Assembly (NCBI GenBank): GCA_951406725.2
Contig: OX597814.1
Coordinates: 134,726,001-134,790,000 of the forward strand
Direction of reading: 5' to 3'
DNA: 64,000 nt
From: Octopus vulgaris
Taxonomy: Eukaryota
The notes beneath the pieces were generated by a model. That model searched no databases. It saw only the letters and a list, made by a program, of their open reading frames with translations, and had not been told where the DNA came from. Below are positions 38,585 through 50,664 of this stretch, one piece after another. The position numbers and the translations under genes were made by a program. Each line of letters starts with the position of its first letter. Within the stretch, counting starts at the first letter, position 1.

Positions 38585-39620
38585 CAGGGAACTGGAATAT
38601 TTGGTGAATGTCAGACTCTCTCTAGAGTCTCACAACTAAGCTGATTTTCCCAAACAGTTTGGGGGTCTAAGTCAGTGTAAGTGCTCATCTCTGTCTCTTA
38701 CCTGTTTTCTTTCCGCCATCCACGCTTGCTCTTCTTTTGTAGGCAACATTCTCTCCCTTTCAATATGGACTAGTTCCAATAGGGAGATGAATGAAGCTCT
38801 GCTACAATGGAGTGAGCTGGATTTGAAAGTTTCTGATACAGATGAGGATAGACGGATGTAGGGAGTATGGGACAATCTGCGTTCAAGTGATATTTTCAAC
38901 TCTCTTTGATCAATCTGATCAATTTTCAAGGTGTCGTCTACTTTCCGCAAGTGCGAAATTCTCGTGGGGTTGGGTTAATGCCGTAACTGTAGCCAACATT
39001 GGCGGTTTGCTCAGTCTGGATGAGCTCCCTATCTCCATTGCACTCAGAGTGGGAACCAACGTCTGTGGGGGACTGAGATGTCGTTATGGTAGGCCTCTTG
39101 ACCTCAAAGGCCTTCACGGTTTGTCTTGCCGCCTATGCTGGACGTTTCGCTCGTCACACCGAGCTAAACCTGATCATTAAGCGGGCTCTAGCTCGGGTAA
39201 ATTTCCCTTCTGTTCTGGAGCCGGCGAGATAGTCCAAAATTGATGGGAAGAGACCAGACAGATGGTCTTATCTTCTGTCTCTGGGTAAGTGACAGGTGTC
39301 TCATCTGGGAGGTCACAGTCAGTGACTCCATTGCTCTCTCCCATATCCTCGATATTACAGAAAATGGGAGAGTCACTTCTTCCGTAACCGAACGGAATAA
39401 AATCCTAAAGTATTGAGAATTGTCAGTGAACCATTTCTTCCAGCCTGTAGCGTTTAACACATTTAGAGGAATTGAGCCACTGATAGCGAAATTCTTGTCA
39501 TCGTTAGTGACGTGTTAGGTGATGCCTGTGAAGGTACTCGGCTATTCCAACGCCTTAGCCTCGCTATCACCCGCGGTAATGCCACGAGCGTGTTGGCTTC
39601 AATAAGCTCTGTTGACCCAC
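38585..39620 (+). mobile_element. CRE-like (RLE-bearing) non-LTR retrotransposon C-terminal fossil
   Basis: FPKQFGGL, IALRVG, CRYG..LD..GLHGLSC...H zinc knuckle, LEP, DGKRPDG, LIWEVTV.D, E..K..KY, FQRLSLAITRGNATSVL. Confidence 0.8.
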
Positions 39621-40051
39621 GATTGATGCACTTAGTAGGAGCTAATTTTCCAAAGACAACATTAAAATTCCCCTAGGAAGTTTAAAATATGAAATAGAAC
39701 TTGCGGTTGGATTGTGTTGTCATCGCTCTGTTAGCAGTATCGGTCATATTTATGATGCCGTCAAGAAGTATGGTAAGGGAAGTTGCTTTGAAAACCTTCG
39801 ATTGCACCAAAGTAAGTGTTCACTGGTTATTCAAAATGGGATTGTCCCTTGTTGGGAAAACAATATAAAAGCAAGAAAATACTGTTTTCTTGCTGGTGAG
39901 TTTACTGACGATTTTAGTCATAAAAATAACGTGCTATGGTAAAATATAATGATGATGAAAACGGTGAAAACTTTATTTTTGAGACTTGCTTTTGTCGAGG
40001 TAATTGGGGTTTTTAAAGAACAGCCTTTTAGTTCAGTTTGAGAAAATAAGC

Positions 40052-41602
40052 GCAACTATGCCTCCCCTGGTGTCGATGGAGTTACATACCTGCTTCTCAA
40101 ACGTAGCAGGTACTTCCTTTTACACCAGCTTTCTATTTTCTTCCAGTACTGTCTCAACAATGGTGCTACTCCGGAGCAGTGGAAAACTGCCAGTGTCATT
40201 CCTCTGTTCAAAAAGGGCGACCGCACATCACCTGTCAACTATCGCCCAGTCAGTCTCACTAGCTGTATTGCAAAACTGATGGAATCGTGTGTCAGAGAAA
40301 CACTCTGGAACTTCTGGAGCTCTCACAGTCTCATCTGACCCTCACAATATGGATTTGTCCCTAACTCCAGCTGCAGTGATCAGCTTGTCGAGTTCCTTGA
40401 GGACATTACTCAGATCACTGACAGTGGCTCATGGGTGGATGTTGTCTACCTTGACTTTGCTAAGGCTTTCAACTCTGTGCCACACAAAAGGCTTATGGTG
40501 AAACTCTCTGCAATGGGTGTGAGGGATGACCTTTTTAACTGGTTGAAATCCTTCATTCTCAGCCGAAAGGAGGTAGTCACAGTTCTAGGACAGCACTCTA
40601 CACCATATGAGATGTCATCGGGTGTACCACAGGGATCTGTCCTTGGTCCCCTCTTCTTTGTGGCATACATTAATGACATAGATGCCAATTTAAAGAATGC
40701 CACAGTATTGAAATATGCAGACGACATCAAGCTGTACCTTGAAATCAAGAGGACAGATCCTGATGTCTACAACTCTTTCCTGCAATCAGACCTAGACACA
40801 ATGCAGCAATGGATCACAGACTGGCAACTGAAACTGGCTGTGGACAAGTGTACCACCATGCATTTTGGGAGAAAAAACCCTGCGTCCACATACTCCCTCC
40901 ACAACACTGATATCAAGAAATCCTCTTGCGAGCCTGACCTAGGCATCACTGTCAGCAGTGATTTGCGTTGGACAAAGAATATCTCTAAAATTGTCAAGAA
41001 GGCCGAGGATGTCTTGGCATCACTCAGCAAGACTTTTGTTAGCCGCTCTCCAGCCATCTATTTAAAACTGTATACAGCTATGGTACGACCACACTTGGAA
41101 TTCGCATCATCAGTTTGGAACCCCTATCTTGCTCAGAACATTGACCTCCTGGAATCTGTCCAGAGACGTGCAACCAAACGCATACCCTCCATCAGACACC
41201 TACCATATTCTGAGCGCCTTGTTTCCCTGGGCATGGATTCACTGAAGCTCCGGCGTCTGGCGACGGACTTGGTAAACACCCACAAAGTTATCAACCACCT
41301 CACCAACAACAACACTGAACACCTTTTTGATCTCCATGTGTCTAACACACGTGGACATGCCTACAAAGTCAGAAAACAACACAGCTCCCATGACTTTCGG
41401 AAACATTTTTTCACGCTCAGAGTTGCTGAAGCATGGAATAAACTGCCTGCGTCAGTTGTTGACTGCCATGACACTGCATCCTTTAAGGCCCTCATGCTTT
41501 CCGAAATCCGCCGAAACTACACCTGATTATATATACACTTTAGATGAGTTGTAGTGCACCTGAGCACTGTACACAATTATTATTATTATTATTATTATTA
41601 TT
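40052..41602 (+). mobile_element. Young 5'-truncated CR1-clade LINE with reverse transcriptase
   Basis: 363-aa ORF 40435-41526 (YLDFAKAF, GVPQGSVLGP, YADD); the upstream in-frame segment (PLFKKGD, NYRPVSLTS) is broken only by TGA at 40336; (ATT)n tail. Confidence 0.95.
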
Positions 41603-42534
41603 AAAATATACGAGTTTATTTTCCACACCACATGATTCAATTGACTTTGTAAAACTGAAAATATTTAGGTTAAATTTTGCCTGATCTGATGTAAATTAAG
41701 ATCTGAAATACTCGATCTCTGAATTCTGTTTCAAATTCACATTCTCAGACTCAGTGCTGACTAATTATCATTACGTTATTCTACCAATAAGATCGGAAGA
41801 GGTATATTTACTACTGGTATGTAGGATATAAAATCAAAGATTATATATTATCCAACATCGTTGTTATCCATACGAACATCGATTATAATTCCCAACATAA
41901 TTTTTGCAAAATTATGAATGCATGTGATGAAAAGGTTAGTGTACTTGATGGCTAGTGAAAAACAAAGCCATGTTAAACATTATGTTAAATAGGAGAGAAC
42001 TGAAGGTGAATTTTACATACACAAGTCAATATGGATTATCCTACTTTATTGAGTGTTGGTACCATGTCTAATACTTCATTGACCTTGTAGTTGACAATGC
42101 ATTAAGAAGGATGTAAATCAGGCACCATACTGTTTTAAATATTTAACTCCACGGTAGAGCTACAGCTACAAAGCCAGTAGAGGTAACATTTGAAATTTTT
42201 CTGAAGGGAGATTTATGAAAGGAGGCGCAAGCCTGTTCTGACAAGAATTGAAAAAATGCAATACACTGGCTCATATTATATTTCATCACCCGAATAGCTA
42301 AATTATTCTTGTACATTGTTTCAACTGGATATAATTTTAACAAACGCCGCTTTGCTTAAAAAATGCGTCAAACAGGATAACACTTATCAATATCTTAATC
42401 CAACGGAATATCAAAAACAAACACTTTAAATAAAGGGGTTGTCAGACAGGAATCATCTGAGGGATGTCAGATGACTAAATGACCCCCAACAGTTTAGGCC
42501 CATATGTTGTTGATGTGTCAACATTTGTTTATAG

Positions 42535-42745
42535 GTAGATTGACAGAATCAGTAGAATGAATGAGGGGTGGTGTATCATGTAGTTATGTCCCTTTATATT
42601 TTGAGTTCAAATCCCACCGGGGTCGATTTGCTTTCTTGTGAAGTCATGTACCACCAGTCAAGTTTCTGGATCGATATAATAGACTGTATTTCCCCTATTA
42701 CCTGAAAAAAAAATCCTCAAGCCTTGTACCAAAATCAGAAATTAA
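42535..42745 (+). mobile_element. Degenerate SINE of a second family
   Basis: B-box-like gagttcaaatcccacc followed by ggggtcga...accagtcaag...gccttgtacc. Confidence 0.5.
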
Positions 42746-42871
42746 TATTTATTTGAAAGTATTCACGACAACTACGACTGCCTCATGCATGTTTTATGAG
42801 AACGTTATCCTGAGCTCTGAGTTATATACCTTTATATTATGACTGCAAGAAAGAAGAAAAAAAATTATCAC

Positions 42872-42886
42872 CCGGAAGTGATGTCA
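42872..42886 (+). promoter_or_regulatory. ROGDI proximal ETS site overlapping a CRE-like site
   Basis: CCGGAAGTGATGTCA ends 26 bp upstream of the ATG. Confidence 0.55.
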
Positions 42887-42911
42887 TCATCAACCTTTGC
42901 CCTACAATACA

Positions 42912-42950
42912 ATGGCGGGTGCTGATATTGAAGAAGAGATTTGTGCATTA
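42912..42950 (+). CDS. ROGDI: Protein rogdi homolog, exon 1
   Basis: ATG GCG GGT... encodes MAGADIEEEICAL, then |gtaagt. Confidence 0.85.
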
Positions 42951-45367
42951 GTAAGTGTTTATTTGTGTTCTAATTACCATTCCGTTATTTGACATATACT
43001 TACTGTTTTGGGGCGCTGAAATATATTGATATTTCAGCAAAGTTTCTAAGTGGATAATTAGCAATCTTCTGTTTCATTTATCAATATTCAAATTTGTCAT
43101 TTGTATTAATTTAATTTATTTGACAGATCAAAGATTCCTGCAGTGTAGCTATTTTTAGATGTCTACAACAGATTGGTAATAATCCACTAAAGAATTTGAT
43201 TATGAAATAGAATGTCATAGAAAAAAAATCAAGAGATTTTAAAAGAATAAATATATAGTCGAATATATTTTGAACTCAAACACGATGCATTAAATTTTTT
43301 TTAATGTTCGTCACCAGATTGTAATGCCAACTTCTTTTGAGATTCTTGCTTTTCGAAATTGTAACTTTAAAACTTAAACATTTGGACTTTTACTTTAATA
43401 AAACTATAAAATTAGATTGTAGATCATTAAAAATATCTGGTGTATCACAATTATTTATTCAGTTATTGTCCCAGGTGAGCTCTGTTAGCAAACCCATGAC
43501 TATAACAGCGTCGGACAAGATTTCTTGCAATATCTTTCTCAGATCTTTGGGTTCAGATTATGCCTTAGTTTCGAAATCCGGTTGATGTTCATGGCTAATC
43601 ACCCAACCCGGAACCACATCTGATCATGAAATAATATGAAATAAGTGGAAGAGGATTGTAGCCGTCTGCTAAAAATGCAATCGGATGATGATGATGATGA
43701 TGATGATGGTGGTGTAGTACCTTTACTTGTATCTAGAACTATATTGTACAATGTTTCTTTTTCTGTTTTTGTTTTTTTAATAATAGGGGAGATTCTGTTG
43801 CTTTTTCGAGCAGGCTCTTTTATTTAGTTTTGTAGCCCCACGTTGTCACTCCTGATTGACAGACCTGTGTTCAATGACATTTGACTTCATTGCATTTTTT
43901 TTAATAGACATCATAGTATGATTTAAATGAAATTATTTTTAGCAGGCTAAGCAACCACGTAGAGGTTCGTCTTTTATTTAGTTGTTGGTGCTGATAGTGT
44001 TAACTTTGCCTTTTATCTATGGTATAGTAATTCCGAATACATTAAATCAATTTATACTGCTAAAATTCTTAGTGATGGCTTTGTGTTGAGTCGAAACATG
44101 AAGGTACTTTAAAAAAATTTAGAAAGAATTAATAATAGATTCATAACATTTTGTAAATATGGAAGGAAATTCTAAGAATATGTCCATCGACTGTTTCTTT
44201 TATTGTTTAGAGAACGTTATTAGTATTATCATTATTAGTATTCATCTCATTTCGAGCTTGCAATGTTTATTATTATGTAATAAGGATTTTTTGTTATGAA
44301 TAAAATATTTTGTAAATTTCAATGTCAAAACAACAGAAAAACATTATATGGCATCTTTGGTTGTTACATATATGACATTCCTACGTATTATGATTTTCTT
44401 ATTGACAATTAGCAATAATCTTTGTTTAGAATTTTTTTCTTTCAATGCAGTATACTTCTATTTGAGCTTATTTTCACTAAGTATCATTCTCAATCACCGT
44501 TCGATAATCGTTCACCTGTCTCTCACCTATTCGACTCTAAAACATCTTGATTGTAATGTTGCTCGTTTGATACACATTAACCCCATTTGCCTATTTCGTC
44601 TCGCAACTGTCCCCGATTGTTTTATATTTATATATTAATATTTAAGTGATAATGTTAATTTCATGATAATATAGAAGTTAATAAATTATCAACATAACAA
44701 ATATTTGGATGAAGTTGTTTATTATGCAAACATTTCAATATAATCTTAATGTTTTATGTTTCTAATATATTATTGTTTCATTTGGGTTATTTTACGTTCT
44801 ATTAAATGTCTATTTTACTGTAGTATCTTGTACTCGATTAGTTTAACCTTTTCACTGCATTGCTTTTGATTTCGGTTAGAAATTGGTCATTAAGATTTTT
44901 ACGTGTTTTCCCTAAGGGGATGTTATTAATCTGCTTGAAGTTGTTAGATAAATTCTGGATTTGAAAGCAATGGTCAACTAATAATTTTCTTTCAAAAATA
45001 TTTTCATTTATTGTAAGAGATTGTGATTTATTTAAGACTATAGTTTGATACAACACATGAGTCTTATATACATTTCATTTTATCTTGCGGTAAATGCTCT
45101 TAGTAATAACAATAATCCTTAGATTTTAGCACATTGACCTCAGAGCTTAACTGAAATTCGTTAAAATGAAAGGCAAAGTCGACCTCAACACAGTGCAGTT
45201 TTTCATATCAATTATGAACATATTCCCATCTTTGACAGCATTTATTGCATTTTCCATAATAAAGTAATGAAATTGATAGAAAAATAGAATGCTGTTGTCT
45301 ATTTTGTTTTTCTTTCAAAATTCTGCAGTTAAATTGAATTATTGAATAGGTTCATTTTAAATTTCAC

Positions 45368-47086
45368 TAATCAGGTTGTACACAAAGGAGTCATACCTAA
45401 TGACTGGTGTAGCAGCACCATAGTCAACTGCTACAAAGGTAAAGGTGACACCTTAGAAATAATTAGAGATATCAAATTGATGGATCAGGTGGTGAAAGTT
45501 ATGGAGAGCGTCATAGCCCAACTAATTAGAAAGAGAGTCTAGGTGAAATGCTGTTTAGTTTTGTGCCAGGGAGAAGCATCACTGGTACTCTGTTCCTGGT
45601 AAGACAGCTACAGGAGAAAAACATAGCCCAAATTAAACCATTGTACTTGGTTTTTGTTGATATGGAGAAAGCCTTTGACAGAGTCCTCTGCTCCCTCATC
45701 TGATGGTCAATGCAGAAACTAGGGATAGATGAGTGGTTGGTGAGAGCTGTATAAGCCATGTACAGGGATACTGTTAATAAGGTAAGGGTTGGCAACAAGT
45801 ATAGCAATAAATTCAGTGTACAAGTAGTTCACCAAGGATTGGTCCTTAGCCCCCACCACCATCCCATTCATCATAGTCTTCCAGGCAATAACAGGAATTT
45901 AAGTTGGGCTGCCCCTGAGCTACTGATCTTATTCTTATAGCTGAATCACTACCAGAACTATAGAAAAAATTCCAGGTGTGGAAGCAAGGTCTGGAATCAA
46001 AGCGCCTTAGAGTTAATTTAGCAAAGACCAAGGACTTAGTAAGTAGGAAAGCAGACAAATCACAGATCTCTTCAGGGAGATTGCCCTGCTCCATATGTAG
46101 AATAAAGGCATATCAATAAGATGTATCTGGTGCAAGCTATGGACACACAAGAGGTGCAGCAATAGCAGAGGAGGTTAACGGAAAATTGTGTGTGTGTGTG
46201 TGGCAGATGTAGATGTACAATAAACACAAGAAATGTACAGAAAATAGACTTCATCAAATGCTCAGTAGGATACTTAGAAATAATTGATAACTTCCGTTAT
46301 CAGGGTGACCAAGTCAGCAATGGAGGTAGATGCTCTGAGAGCATAGTGGCTAGAATAAGAATAGGCTGGGCAAAGTTCAGAAAGCTTCTACCTTTATTGG
46401 TAACTAAGGGCCTTTCCCTCAGAGTGAAAGGCAGATTGTATGATGCCTGTGTGCAGACAACCATGCTACATGGCAGTGAAACATGGGTTGTGACTGCAGA
46501 GGACATGTGAAGGCTTGAAAGAAATGTAGCTAGTATGTTTTGCTGGATGTGCAATGTTGCTGTGCATGTACAACAGAGTGCAAGCATCTTGAGAGAAAAA
46601 TTGGGCATGAGGCAGATATAGTTTGCAAGAGAGAAGACTGCTCTTGTATTGTCATGTGATGCATATGAATGAAGTCAGCTGCGTGAAGAAGTGCCAGTCT
46701 CTAACTGGAAGGAACCTGTGGAAGAGGTCAACCCAGGAAGACATGAGATGAAGAGGTGAATCTTTAGATATTAGGTCTCACAGAGGCAATGTCAAATGAT
46801 TGAGACCTTTGATGGTTTGGTGTGCTTGAGAAGATTCACCAGGCCAAGTGAAATCATTGTGGACAGTGCTGGTGACACATAAAAGGCACCTGTGATAGTG
46901 ACACGTAAAAGCACCAACTACACTCCGGAGTGATTGGTGTTAGGAAGGGCATCCAGTTGTAGAAGCCAAGCCAAAATCAGACTGGAGCCTGATACAGCTC
47001 TCTGGCTTACCAGTTCCAGTTAAACCATCTAACCTATGCCAGCATGGAAAACAGTTGCTAAATTATGATGATGATGATGATGATGA
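45368..47086 (+). mobile_element. RTE-clade LINE, degenerate, in ROGDI intron 1
   Basis: IPNDWCSSTIVNCYKGKGD, FVDMEKAFD, GWAKFRKLLP, MLHGSETW; (GAT)n tail. Confidence 0.92.
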
Positions 47087-47199
47087 CAAGTAATAACAAA
47101 AGTAATTACTATTCTAGTTACAAATAATATAATAAACTTTATTTATGCAAACATACACACTGGTTTATAATCATTGAATAAAATTTTATTACTTTTCAG

Positions 47200-47271
47200 C
47201 AGAAGGAATTAAGTTGGTTGTTGAATGAAGAACTTCATCATGTCCTTCAGCAAGTGCAGTACACTTTAACT
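47200..47271 (+). CDS. ROGDI: rogdi exon 2
   Basis: ttttcag|QKELSWLLNEELHHVLQQVQYTLT|gtaagt; resembles the E-F-x-W-L-L-x-x-E-V-H motif. Confidence 0.92.
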
Positions 47272-49349
47272 GTAAGTTGACATTAATCTTTCCATTATTA
47301 CAAGTGTTTCATTTTCTACAATGGTAAGTTCTGTGTCATGTGAATAAAACTGTTGGTAAACAGGCTTTCATGCTAAGAGAACCATAAAAACTGGGATAAA
47401 CAAATCTCACTGAAGGCATTTCTCTGAAACAACTAGCATAAATAAGTTGTGAAAGTGCTTGCTCAGAATAAGTATAGTCAGTAGGAGGATCATGCTGCTT
47501 TTCATATGTTTTTCCCATACTATTCTACTCATCTGCATTTATTGCCCTTATTTTACATATCTATACTGCATCAACCTTGATAATTAGAGAGAAATATACT
47601 TGTAAATATAAATTAAGAATTAAGATACTTCTGATTAAAGTTATGAAATGACGTATGCTAAATAGAATATAAACATACAATGGATGTAAAAATTCAGATT
47701 AGCTATTTACAATATGGAAATAGTTATGGTTAATTTATAAAGAACATAAAAATGTACAATAGTTGCATTCAAAAAAAGATGAACCTACTGGTGGTGAGAT
47801 TTAACTAAAGTTGCTTAAGGCAAGACTAATACCTCAGATTTCAGATAGCAAAAATCTCAGAAAAATAGCAAAGGATATGCAAAACTGCAAATATTTCACT
47901 AAAATGTGGATATTATCCTTGTGTAGTTGGACATTGTTGTAAAATCAACCATTTCCTGTTTTTTTTTTGCGTTTTTCTCAGAATGACATGTCTGACTATG
48001 AGTAGCAATCTTTAGGTCACGATATCTCCTAGAACAGTTGATGTAATTGGCTGAACTTTTGCATGTGTATTACTTTGATACTTGCCTAGATGCTGTGCTA
48101 GTGTGATTAGATACACTTCATTTGTTCATCTTCCAGAGACACTTGAATGCTACTACCCAAGGGTCAAAAGCACTTGAACTGCTGCATATGGCTATGAGTG
48201 ATCCCACAACGGAATCTAGGCCAACTTCATCAATGTCCTTGATTCAACATCTAGTCTGTACCCCAATCTGTTGGAATTCCAAGTTAGAGCATATTATCTT
48301 TGGTAGTTTGGTAGAAAAATTGACCTAAAATAAGGGTGTGTTTGCCTTGTCGGTCATTTTGAATTTATAATTAGGTCATGAATAGATAATGTGGAAATTT
48401 GAATATTATGTTTTTTTGATAGAACTAACATTTTTCTTGATGTATGTCATATTTGGTTTGCCTGGGTTTTATTCCTGCTGAGTGAGAGCATCTTCAATTT
48501 AGGAGTGTTTTCCTACATCTGAGGTGTTAGTCTTGCCTTAAGAGCAAATGCTGTGAACATGATTATTGTAGTCTTTAAAATAGTTTTTTTTTTAAATCTC
48601 TGATTACCAATAACACCGTGTGACAATTTTATTTTATTTTATTTTTTCGTCTTTGGTCAGTAAGTATTATTTCCTATTTGCTTCTATCTAGAAATCAAAG
48701 AAATTGACTATTATTTCCTTCAATCCTTACTTTTGTGACCTGGACATCAATGTTTTGAAACCGACCTATTTCTATTACATTTCAGAGAGATTCAGCGTTG
48801 AGTTGCTGAAGCCAAATATTTAGTTTAATACCACAGATTTGCATGTCAGTTGCTTGACCTTAACCACTTGGGCATGTCCCTTATTGGCTGACAATATGTG
48901 CATCTCTGATCATGAGCAGAAATAGTTGGGGAGCATCATAGCCATGTGCTGAGAAGGATTCTTTGGGGTTTGAATAAATGTAACAAAAGCAAAATTTGAA
49001 GGAAATATTAGTCATTCTTCATACTTTCTAGGGAAGTAATAGTGACAAAAGTTGTGTTACACAGTGTAATCTAACATTACAGTTTCCATTTTTCTAAATA
49101 TGTCATAAGCCATTAATTCACTAATTACTTATTCCTATAAAAATGGAAAATTTTTTAAAAATTTGTTTATTATTTATTTGTTCATTACTTTAAATTTTAC
49201 CCAGTAAGAATTTCTTTCCCAAGTACAAGTCATTTTTATAAAAAAGGGAAGTATGGTCAATTCAAATTTTTCCAATATGTATTTTCTGTATCTTGAAGAA
49301 ATAATGTGCTAAATCATTCTTACAGTTTTAGGAGAAAACTAAATATAGT

Positions 49350-49559
49350 TTGTGTGTCTGTATTTGTCCCTCTAGCATTGCTTGACAACCGATGCTGGCG
49401 TGTTTACGTCCCCGTCACTTAGCGGTTCGGCAAAAGAGACTGATAGAATAAGTACTGGGCCTACAAAGAATAAGTCTTGGGGTTGATTTGCTCGACTAAA
49501 GGCGGTGCTACAGCATGGCCGCAGTCAATGACTGAAACAAGTAAAAGAGTAAAAGAGTA
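49350..49559 (+). mobile_element. 5'-truncated young SINE
   Basis: near-identical to the 3' half of 33103-33504; (gtaaaaga) tail. Confidence 0.9.
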
Positions 49560-49778
49560 ATAGTTAGGTAGTCTTTTTTTTTTACAGTATGATAGCATCT
49601 TTTTAGCTGACTCAACAAATATTCTAATAATGTAATGTTATTTCCATTTTTTCTTCAAAATTTTTTCATGGTTTCCAAAATGTTTTAGAAATAAAATGCT
49701 TTTAATACAAAGACCTGACAAAGAAATATTTTAGCAATTGTCAGAAATGATCACTTCATCTTTTAATTATTATTACAG

Positions 49779-49827
49779 GAATGTAATCAACGATTCCTTA
49801 CTGATAAAGACAAAGAATCCAATAAAG
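49779..49827 (+). CDS. ROGDI: rogdi exon 3
   Basis: tacag|ECNQRFLTDKDKESNK G|gtaggt; phase consistent. Confidence 0.8.
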
Positions 49828-50664
49828 GTAGGTTTTCTTTTTCTGCTTTTCCAAACCTTATCTGATTCACATAATAAACCCATTCCAATATTGGAGCTCT
49901 TACTAGAGTTTCTACTTCATTTTGGCACCTACTTAATGTTCTGTATTTTACTGTCCAAAGTTCTTTATTTGGAATGTGTCAGAAGCCACTGTCTTTGCTA
50001 ATTTGTCTGTGCATGTTAATATCTAAAAGATGCCTCCAAAATTTATGTTGTTGTGTTTGGTAACTGATTATAAGCACAGATCTTGATCAATTATCTACAT
50101 GTCTATACTTTTTGGCAGTGAATTACAAGTAGTGGATTAATGATGTTGTTTAGCCCTAAGTCAACCTTAAGCAGTCTGACCATCTTGTCTTTTTAGGGTT
50201 ATATAGGATTACATTGTCTATTGCATCTTTCTTTACCACTGATGGCAGAGTATGAGTTGGCTCCCTCTGTCTTATTCTAGCAAGTTAAGGAATCAGTAGG
50301 AGCTCCTTTTTTTTGGTTCCTGCAAGATTTCTCTTGATGTAACAGAGTCATCTAGAAGTAGGAGCTTAAACTACAGAGTGGATATCAGTGCATTTACAAG
50401 TAATGAAGTGATTTGGATTGTATGTTATACACATTAAATATGTAGTATAATAATTTTATATGTTTTTATTACTTATATCTTTCAGAAGGTTGTATTTTGA
50501 TGTGAATTTCATTACTACCATGGTGCATGTAGACTATTAACACTTCTGTTTCTTTTCAAGAATCTTTTAGATGATTTCTTCATTATTTTGTCTAGCGTAG
50601 TTTAGCCCTTGATCAAGCAAGTTTTTAATAATTTCTTTATATATATGCAAATTAATTATAAAGA

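Noticed and set aside
44066-44106. Hammerhead-like remnant (tgatggctt...gagtcgaaacatg)
   Set aside because: Stem II and GAAAC are present, but the CUGANGA core and cleavage triplet are not recoverable
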